DNA of 63,594 nt from positions 15,331 through 78,924 of the forward strand of contig NW_015174991.1 in the NCBI RefSeq assembly GCF_001447785.1. The letters are read 5' to 3'. Origin of the DNA: Gekko japonicus (Eukaryota). This document shows, one piece after another, positions 54,749-63,594 of this stretch (the stretch's first letter is position 1; the number at the start of each line of letters is the position of its first letter). The position numbers and the translations under genes were made by a program. The notes beneath the pieces are model-generated. The model was not told the DNA's origin and did not search any database. It worked only from the letters and a program-made list of their open reading frames with translations.

Positions 54749-55165
54749 GGGTAATTAGATTTCTAGCAAGCGGAATCTTTCATTTGGGAGGCGGGTTGGA
54801 TTCTGAGTCCATGTAGGGATGCCATTTTTCTCAATGCATTGAAAACACTTATTCTCGGACTCAGGAAGAAACGGAAATCTAGAGCTTGTCCCTTGACCAG
54901 ATCGACAGTTTTAAATGGATCGGCATAAAGGAGGGCCTCAGATGACAAACCAGAAGAATGAAACAGCCGACCTTGAAAGGAGGTCTTGTGTGCTTCCTGT
55001 CCATGGAGGGATGGGGCTGCACGGGCTTTGAGTGGAATCCTGGACTCCTACTTTGAGATCAGATTGAAATCCTAGCGTGGGGCTGCCAGGAGGAAAGGTG
55101 GCCGAGTATATAGCAGGGATGGCCAAACTGCGGCCCGGGAGCCACATGTGGCTCTTTCACACAGT

Positions 55166-55771
55166 GGGTGTGTTCAGACGGGGCATTCGCGATCACACTT
55201 ACCTCCTGTCTGCGGAGCCCATCGCTGTATGCCCGTTCACATGCAGCGGGCATCAGTTTGAGCATGCGCATAGGCAGCCATCCACAGAATGGCAATCTTC
55301 ACACATGCGCAAAACACCCCGTCTTACATTTAAAGTTTAAAGGTAAGGACTTACCTTTAAAGTTTAAAGACCAAACTGGCCTCCCTGAGGTCTCGGAGTC
55401 CTCCAGAACCTTAAACTAAGGACCTTTTCTTTTTTTAAAAAAACAAACGCCAGGGCGAAGCTTCGCCCAAGCGCATATCGCTGACCTAGCAAAAAAATGG
55501 CGGGCGAAAATCGGAAGCCTCAGGCTTCCGAACGGAAGTGGCTCTACAACGTTGGAGAGCGATCAGACAGGGGGTGGGGGTGGTGGTAAAGCGATTACAA
55601 CCGTTGCACTCAAGATACCACCACTTGGGGACCTGGTGGCAGAATACAACAGTGTAAAGCTCTTTGCAATGCTTAGGGACGGAAGGCAGATGTTCGCCGT
55701 GTGAACGCCGGTAAGTACACCAATTCCAACCGGCACCTGTACCATTGCAAATGCCCCGTCTGAACGCACCC
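55166..55771. mobile_element. CpG-rich TIR element (PIF/Harbinger-like MITE)
   Basis: gggtgtgttcagacggggcatt...aatgccccgtctgaacgcaccc inverted termini, nested in a hAT MITE. Confidence 0.6.
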
Positions 55772-56661
55772 ATAATGTGCAGCTCCCGGCAGGTTGGCTG
55801 GGGAAGCAAAGGGGCGGTCTTTCTTTCCCCAGCCAGGGTTCTCCTCCCTGGGTAGGATTGAAGGGGGGGGGGGAGAGGAAAAAAGCAACTTTAAATGCAT
55901 TCTCAAATGCGTTGTCTGGCTCTTAGACAAATAAATATCATTAGCAAATAAATAAACATCACTGGACAAATAAATGTCATCATCAGTATCTGTTTCTACC
56001 CATTTTGTGTTTTTTTATTATTTTTGGCCGTCTCCTTTAATCTTGATAAAAAGCGAATCTGCATATTTTCCAGCAAAACCCCATGTGCGATATTTGTCCA
56101 TGTCTTGCAGTTCTCAAACACCTGATGTTTGTTCTATGTGGCTCTTAGGTTAAGCAAGGTTGGCCACCCTTGGCATGTAGCCTGATCTCATCAGCTCTCG
56201 GAAGCTAAGCAGGGTCGGTACTTGGATGGGAGACCACCAAGGAAGGCTCCGTGATGTGTGCCTTTGAGCACTCTGCTAAACTAATGTGCCTTCTTCATTT
56301 GCCCTGACCTGGATAGCCCAGCCTAGCCTGATCTCCTCAGATCCAGGATGCTAAGCAGGGTTGGCCCTGGTTAGCATTTGGATGGGGCCCGTAGCCAACA
56401 TGGGGCCCGTGGGGCCCGGCCCTCTAATGTTTCTTCCAGGCCTCCCCAAACTGAGCCTTGGCTTCTCCTTCCCCTGAGCTCCACAGTAGCTACATGTCTG
56501 TCAGTGAAACGGAGGCTGCATGGGATCGCAGGGAAGTCATTGCGTGAGACAAGGCACAGGATTCCAGCTGTGCACTCCACAGCTCTGAAGTACACTGGCT
56601 TGCAGTTAGTCGATCGGCCCCATCTGAACCAGCACAGTCTGGGGCGGGAAGGAAAGAATGC

Positions 56662-57251
56662 ACATAGTTCCATACAGACATATAATGGCTGGCCCCCTAG
56701 GCAAAAAATTGCCCCCCCCAGCAAAAGGTTGTTCGCTACGGGGCCGCCCAAGGAATACCTGGGTTGCCGTGCAGAGGCAGGCAATGGCAAACCACCTCTC
56801 TTGCCTTGGAAACTCCATGGGGCTGCCATAAGTCGGCTGCAACCTGACTGTACTTTACGCACACACAAACGTACAAACACACAGTTAAGAATCGGTTGGA
56901 ATCATCTATGCATTTATTTAAGTATTTTTGGTAACAAAATAAAAGAAAGACCCAAACATAGTTCCATACAGACATATAATGGCTGGCCCCCTGAGCAAAA
57001 AATTGGCCCCCCCCAGCAAAAGGTTGCTAGCTACGGGGCCGCCCAAGGAATACCCGGGTTGCCGTGCAGAGGCAGGCAATGGCAAACCACCTCTCTTGCC
57101 TTGGAAACTCCATGGGGTTGCCATACGTTGGCTGCAACCTGACTGCACTTTACGCACACACAAACATACAAACACACAGTTAAGAATCGGTTGGAATCAT
57201 CTATGCATTTATTTAAGTATTTTTGGTAACAAAATAAAAGAAAGACCCAAA
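56662..57251. repeat. Direct tandem duplication, ~294-bp units
   Basis: Units start acatagttccatacagac at 56662 and 56956; each contains a SINE tail. Confidence 0.9.
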
Positions 57252-60200
57252 ACGGCAAGATGTCGGTCCACCTTTGATGGCATCTGAACGCACCTGAGGT
57301 TGCTATGCCCTGGCCTGGATGGCCCAGGGCAGCCCAGTCTCATCAGATCTCAGAAGCTAAGCAGGGTCGGCCCTGGTCAGTACTTGGATGGGAGACCTCC
57401 AAGGAATACCAGGGTCATGGTGCAGAGGGCAGGCAGTGCAGAGTTACCTGTGCTCAAAGGAGATTACCTGGAGCAAAGGTGACTCAACCAAGAAGGTGAA
57501 TTGCTCTGAGCATAAAGGCAAAAGATTTCAGGGGAGTAAAGGAGTTGTATCTAGATGGGAGACCACCAAGGAAGACCGGGGTCGCTATGCAGAGGCAGGC
57601 AGTGCCAAACCACCTCTGAACACCTCTTGCCTTGAAAACCCCACCAGGAGTCACCAGGAGTCAGCTGTGATTTGACAGCAACTAAAAATAAAAATCGCCA
57701 ATCAAACATAAAAATGGTGAGGCCTAACAGGCCTGGCTTGTGTTCTTCATGAATCAACTCATCCCCCACTCCAATGCCTTAAAAGGTAAAGGTTCCCTTG
57801 CCCAAAAGCCAGTCGAGTCCGACTCTAGGGTTGCGGTGCTTATCTCCGTTTCCAAGCCGAAGAGCCAGCGCTGTCCAAAGACGTTTCCGTGGTCATGTGG
57901 CTGGCATGAGTAAACACCAAGGCGCACGGAACGCTGTTACCTTCCCACTGAAGTGGTACCCATTTATCTACTTGCATTTTCTTGCTTTCAAACTGCTAGG
58001 TTGGCAGGAGCTGGAACTAGAGATGGGAGCTCACTCCATCATGCGGCACACTCGGGTCTCGAACTGCTGAACTACTGACCTTCCACAGCCTGCAGTTCAG
58101 CGTCTTAACCACTTAACCACTTGAGCTACCGCAGCTCTTGGTCTTCTGCAATATGCAGGACTTCCAGGGCAGATGAATTGGTTTGGAAAGTGTTCCCTCA
58201 AGGCAATTTGAAAACCATTAATCTATAGAACTCATTGCCGAGGATGCTGGAATGGTTTGTAGTATAAATTATCTATTAAAAATAAAGGAGTTGATAAAGA
58301 TACGGAAAACGAGTATATTGGGGGTGGCTTCTAGCCAAGATAATCCCTATCAGTTTGGAAAATGGAGGCTCCCTCACAGCCTACGTCTGCACAAACTCTG
58401 CCCACCCACACATGGAAGCTTGAATCCGAAATGAAAAGACCCCTGTTCTAATCCAGTATAGCCGTTCCCAGGTGGCTGTGACCCACTGCCATTCACGGGG
58501 CTCATATTTCCAAGAAAATATACCATATTTACTATAAAAGGTCTGTGAATGTAAAGAGATTCCCTTAAAAATGCTACATGTACAAAAACATTTATTATTC
58601 AACATAAACTAATTTGTGTGCAAATGTATGGTGACCCGCTCTTTTTTATGACATACCTGGGGGGAAAAACCCTAGTCTTGCATTTGAGTAAACGCCACAA
58701 CATTTTGCTTCCTTTGTTTCTCTCCCCGCCAATGACACACAGCTTTCCTGTTTCCCAGCCCTGCTTTTATGTAGGGGCCGCCGCTACCACCACCACCAAC
58801 GGTGGAAATTCCAACGGGATTTGGATCACCCTGGGATGGATGTTCGGACTACCCTGCGTGACATTAACATCTACTGGAGAGTGGTGCCCCAATTGGACTG
58901 ACTGAAGATCAGAGACGCCATCTTACTAAAGACCATCTTGTTAAGAAACACTATTTATTTACTGTTATATTTAATTGATGCTATGTTTTTATTGTTTTAT
59001 GGATTTTATGTATGGGCTGTAGCCCCCTGGAAGCCGCCCTGAGCCTGCTTGCGGGGAGGGCGGGGTAAAAATGCTTAAATAAATAAATAAAATAAATAAA
59101 TAGGGGCCCTGTCACTTTCCAAAGGCCTTCCTCTTGGGCCCAGTTTGTTGGGAGGAATGGGCCGTGCAGTGTTGTACAGACATCGGGGTCTCAGGAGAAG
59201 ACAGTAGAGTCCACAAACGTTTTACCATCTTTCTTTTGTCCACTGCCACTGCTCTAACTGTCTTATGAATGCTGTTTGTAGGGTTTCCTTCCTTCAAGTC
59301 ACTCCCAATACTGCCATCAAGTATGCAGTTCTCCTAAAATAACCAACTTCTATTTCTTATTCCTCATGCAGCCAGAACATTGAATTTCCGATGCCCAGAA
59401 ATTCAGCTCTGCTTTCACAGTTCTTCTTCCCCAGTTCTTTAATACCTTAAGTTTTCTTGGAGGCTTTCACAAAGTCAAGACTGAACTTTCATTTCCCGCA
59501 CAGCAGTTGTGCTGTTTTGTCAATGTTACTTGGAGACTAAATGTTCTGTTATCGAAAATCACTTTTCATTTCCCTTTCGCTTTTGACAGATCTTTTGCCT
59601 CCAGATTCACCTCACGCGTCTCTGGAGGCCTAACTGGGCGGGGCAGCTCTAATCCATTGACTTTCTCTCATCTGCGGGAGCTAGAACGTTCATGAACATT
59701 CCAGGCGACTACAGAAGCTCAGCCAAGCACTGCCAGAGAGGAATCTGCAATCGGGGGAAAATGCAGGACGTAGCCGCTTTTACACAAAAGTATTCATGAC
59801 TGAATTGTGTGTCCAAAGATTAGGGGCAATTTGCCTGGATCCTTCAGATCTTTCTGACCAGCACAGTCAACAACTTTCTGCAACTTGTTTGGATTTATAA
59901 GTACTTTTAGAATTTTGAGCAGGGGGCAGTACTACAAAATGGCTGACCCAGAGTGGAGGCCAGTTACAAAATGGCTGCCAAAGGATGGGACCAATCACAA
60001 AAGCTGAGAGAGATTCCGAGCTAAGCACTGGCCTACAGTGAAGGCAGATACTTCTGAACGAGCGCTTCCTAGTTCTTTCCTAAGGTTCTTCTAGAGAACC
60101 TCCCTGGCATGAAGGAGGGTAGAGGAAAGCCAGGATTGGTGGTTCGCTTTAGTGGAGAGATGCTCTTTGGTTTCAGCTTCCAAGGAAAGAAGAAAGTCTG

Positions 60201-60616
60201 CTAAGCCTAGAGACGAAAATAAGTCCCCGGCTGAAGATGAGCTGGATGCTTTGTTAGACAGTCCAGCTGGTAAAGAGCAACGTGAAGAAGCCAGAGCCGT
60301 AGCCTGGATTTTTCAATTTGTGGGGCAGATTTTTTTTCTTGTGGGGCACGCATTATGCTTCTACTTAAAAGCAATAAATAACTGGAGATTTTGGTAGTGG
60401 AGCCTGAGGAGGAAGGGGTTTGGGGAGGGGAGGGACTTCAATGGGATATAATGCCATAGAGTCCACCTGGAGTTCAGGTGTCATGCCAGGGGATCTCCAG
60501 CCACCACCTGGAGACTGGCAACCCCAGGAGAGCGACTGGCTTCTGCCACCATTGAACGTTATGGGGGAGGGGAGAGAGAGAGAGATTGGCTTCCCCACCA
60601 CCATGCCTTTATTGGG

Positions 60617-60967
60617 TGTTGTAAATAAGAAGCGGGAGACTGACCAGTTATGAAGGTGCACACAGAGTTTATATAGTTATAAAGGTGAATATATACAGAG
60701 ATATTTACAGGCTATCGTACAGCATGTTGTGCCTTAGTCTATGAGAACTAAGTCCCCTCCAGCTCGCTAAGCTGATAGCTATTATGCTAAACCCCAGCCA
60801 ATCTCTAACAGGGTGATGCAATCACTAACTCTTAACAAGCCCTGAAAGAGTAACACCTGCTAGAAGACACCTGGCTGTAATTACATGATTACCAGCATGA
60901 CAGCTAGTTCTGACAAACAGATCAAACTGATCTATAGTAACTGCTTGCTACCTCTATCACTCTGACA
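60617..60967 (-). mobile_element. Probable solo LTR (~350 bp)
   Basis: The minus strand reads tgtcaga...tttacaaca with TATA-like tracts; no TSD is visible. Confidence 0.45.
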
Positions 60968-61856
60968 TATATCTCAATAGCCTTCTCTCTCTTTCCTTCC
61001 CGGTGAGGTTGGGGAAGGAAAGGAAAGAGACTGAAACGGACCAAAAGCAGCACAGCACTTCCCTTTCTTTCCCCAGCCTGGCCACCACTGCAGGGCTGGG
61101 CGCACTAGGGGTGGGGGAATCTGGCATCATCAGGTGGTGGGGCAAGGCTCGTGGGTGGTGGGGCTCCGCCCCCAAATGCCCCACTGTGGCTAACGGGCCT
61201 TCTTTAAGGCTCTCTGGGTTTCCCCCCTGTTCCATTCAAGTATCTTGAGGTTTTTATCCTCCGGATGCAAGTGGGAACCCATGAAACATGGCACCTCTAG
61301 CTGGCATGTGGGGGACTGCAGATGTAGAGGAATGCTTACACTGGAAGAACTTCTAATGGCCTTTTCATACAGGAAGCTGCTGACATGTGTGAAGCAGGAC
61401 TTGTCCGTGACCCCTGCAGTGAAACCCACAAACCCACGGTGGGGATCTGGTTCTTCTGTGAGCGTTCTCATACCGCACTGCTCAGCACCTGCGGGTCCTG
61501 ACCCATCAATGGGTTCTTCTGAAGCCTGTGAAAATGGGTCCCAGGCTTTTGCAGTGTCATTGATTTGGGCATGTGTAACACCACCACCACCACCACCCCG
61601 CTGGGAATGGAATGAGCCAGGAAGGGGTGGAGCCTCTAGATGCAAAAGGACGTGAGCGCTTGTGGAAAGCTGAAGAGGGAAGCCAGATTGCCTTGGCTGG
61701 GGAGCTTGAATGTTACTCATAGGCTCTTAACACCTTGTTTAAGGTTAACTATGATTTATGGACGGACACTGGTAACAGTGGTAAGGGAGGGAGACTTTTG
61801 TTCTAAATTGTAAATCTTAGAATGATTATTTTAGGGCTGTGTCATCTAGTGGGGAG

Positions 61857-62063
61857 CAATGCTCCCTCTAAGCACTGGAGTCCTGTGAGCAAAAACTCTA
61901 CTTTGTGAGCTCCTGGCATTAAAGTGGTGAGTGACTGATTTGGCTACTGCATCAATTAGTTGGCTCTGGAGCCCTCCTTCCTGAGGTGAGACAAAAACAT
62001 GTGTGAGCTGGAGGCTAAAAAACCGTGAGCTAGCTCACACTAACTGAGCTTAGAGGGGACACT
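61857..62063. mobile_element. ~205-bp hAT-type MITE
   Basis: TIRs with 8-bp TSD gtggggag. Confidence 0.8.
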
Positions 62064-62287
62064 GGTGGGGAGTTCAACTGGGACCCTCATTTTGGAAGCT
62101 GGTGCCCGGAGTGTTCAGCTGGAGACTTCTTGACCCACCAGCAAGAGGACAAGGATGGACTTTGGGGGTGACAGGCTGTGAAGGAGGGAGAAGTGTATAG
62201 CTTGGACTTTAGAAGATCCCTGTTCTGTCAGGTCACTAAGTTCTATGTTTTGGTTACAGGGTGTTAATTGAAAAGTAAAAAAAATGT

Positions 62288-62293
62288 TTTATT
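62288..62293 (-). terminator. Candidate poly(A) signal of RDH8
   Basis: First AATAAA seen on the minus strand after the stop, about 970 nt downstream. Confidence 0.45.
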
Positions 62294-62401
62294 CTCTCTG
62301 AATGATGGCAAAGATTCATTCCAAGCTCTGCCCCACAGAGCCCACAAGCTGAAATTACACATGCTCTTTTTTTAAATGGGTCACCACACCAGGTCAACAT
62401 T

Positions 62402-62812
62402 GGCCCCGGTCACACGAGAGGATTTCGGCCGGGAGAGGGACGGATCGGGGCAGAGCAAACGGGTGCCATCCCACCGCAACATCTGGGAAGCGTTGCGCAC
62501 CTGTCCCTGATCCGGCCCTTCCAACAATAACCCGCAGCAAAAAAGAACCACCTACCGAGGTGGTTCTTTCCGAAAGGCCGCATCAAAGCCGGCGCATCCC
62601 CGGCTCCAGGCCGAACTGCGCATGCTCAGACATGCACAGTTTGGCAGCCTCCCGTGGCTTCCTCTCTGGTCTCCCCAGCATCTGATCGTGCTGGGGAGCA
62701 ATTGCACGGCGGCTCACAGGATCTGTATGATCCCGCCGCCGCGTGTCTATTTTGGTGCGGCTTTTAAAAGCCGCACTTTGCCCGTCCTTTTTTCCCCTCG
62801 TGTGGCAGGGAC
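62402..62812. mobile_element. CpG-rich TIR element in the predicted RDH8 3' UTR
   Basis: ggccccggtcacacgag...ctcgtgtggcagggacc imperfect inverted termini. Confidence 0.5.
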
Positions 62813-63264
62813 CTTGGACTTGTGGATCACCATACCATAATGGCTGGGGACATGAAGCTGCTCTTAAGGTCTTATCAAAGATCAGCTTCGTCTTCTGCCT
62901 TTCTAGCGATCGGCCTGGGTGGGAGCAGACCGTCGGTGTCTGTTACCTGACCTCTAGCTCTGCATTAGGACTCCTATGGATCCCAAGCGGCCCTTCCTAC
63001 ATAACATAAGGCTGAGATCTCGCAAGGGGAATACGATTTGAACCTTACCCCCTTACTGTCTGCATCACTAAAAAGCTCACGGTCTTTGGGGCCCGCACGG
63101 GTCTCGTCTAAAAAGGTCCCCAGCGCCTTGTTCCTCCTGAGCCAGGGTGGATGGATCCACAGCAAGTGTTTCACCCTTCTTCTGGCGGGACCTTGTGCAC
63201 CAAAGCCAGTGTAACGGGGTGGCGTGGAGAAGTGTGGCTGGACTTTTGGGCTCCCCCACCCCAA

Positions 63265-63489
63265 TCACAAAGGTGTGACCCGTCCCCGGAGGCAGCGGCA
63301 CGTGATAAATTTGAGGAAGTACATGCTGAGGCGGAGGAGGAGAGGGAAGCGGAAGAGGAGGTTGTAATAGGTGTCTACGGACAGGTCTCCCGAGGTGTCG
63401 GCGTACTTCAGGGCCACCAGGGGCGTGTACAGGGCGTTTGTCTGGGTCCGGAAGGGCGGGCGCTCCTCGCCGATCACTGTCACGACTGC
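63265..63489 (-). CDS. RDH8: Retinol dehydrogenase 8(-like), last coding exon
   Basis: Acceptor ctttctccag at 63490-63499, then AVVTVIGEERPPFRTQTNALYTPLVALKYADTSGDLSVDTYYNLLFRFPLLL...CRCLRGRVTPL-stop, matching the vertebrate RDH8 C-terminus as recalled (RPP.R.QTN..Y.PL..LK..D.SG.L). Confidence 0.85.
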   Translation of the reverse strand, partial: AVVTVIGEERPPFRTQTNALYTPLVALKYADTSGDLSVDTYYNLLFRFPLLLRLSMYFLKFITCRCLRGRVTPL

Positions 63490-63594
63490 CTGGAGAAAGG
63501 TAAGGCAGAAAGAGATTGGAAATTTGAAGGACTTCTCCCTTGGGTCCTGTCACCTTCAACATTCGGGATTCCTTGACTTCTAGAGTTGGGGTCC

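Noticed and set aside
56378-57142. 254-aa ORF
   Set aside because: Built from MITE/SINE pieces and the 294-bp tandem duplication, with no recognisable domain.
63151-63576. 141-aa plus-strand acidic ORF
   Set aside because: Antisense shadow of the RDH8 exon.

Overview
Vertebrate genomic DNA, inferred to be a squamate reptile (probably a gecko) from Sauria SINEs, Squam3-like CORE-SINEs, Bov-B/RTE and CR1 repeats. It holds part of a replication-dependent histone cluster: H2B(-)/H2A(+) divergent pair, H4(-), an H2A pseudogene, H3(-), H2A(-)/H2B(+) pair and H4(+). All seven functional copies end in the 16-nt stem-loop plus a purine-rich downstream element, and no H1 is present. An intact, intronless PUDP/HDHD1 (pseudouridine-5'-phosphatase) gene sits head-to-head with the second H4, 439 bp between the start codons, and is the most unusual feature. 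The last coding exon of RDH8 lies at the right end. Other features are a 3'-truncated 7SK retrocopy, a Mag-type Gypsy element with an open gag but deleted pol, solo LTRs, a 5S rRNA-derived SINE (including a tandem array), Penelope-like termini with decayed hammerhead cores, and many hAT/Tc1/Harbinger-type MITEs. Family names come from recognition by eye without database searches, and TE boundaries are approximate unless a TSD is cited.
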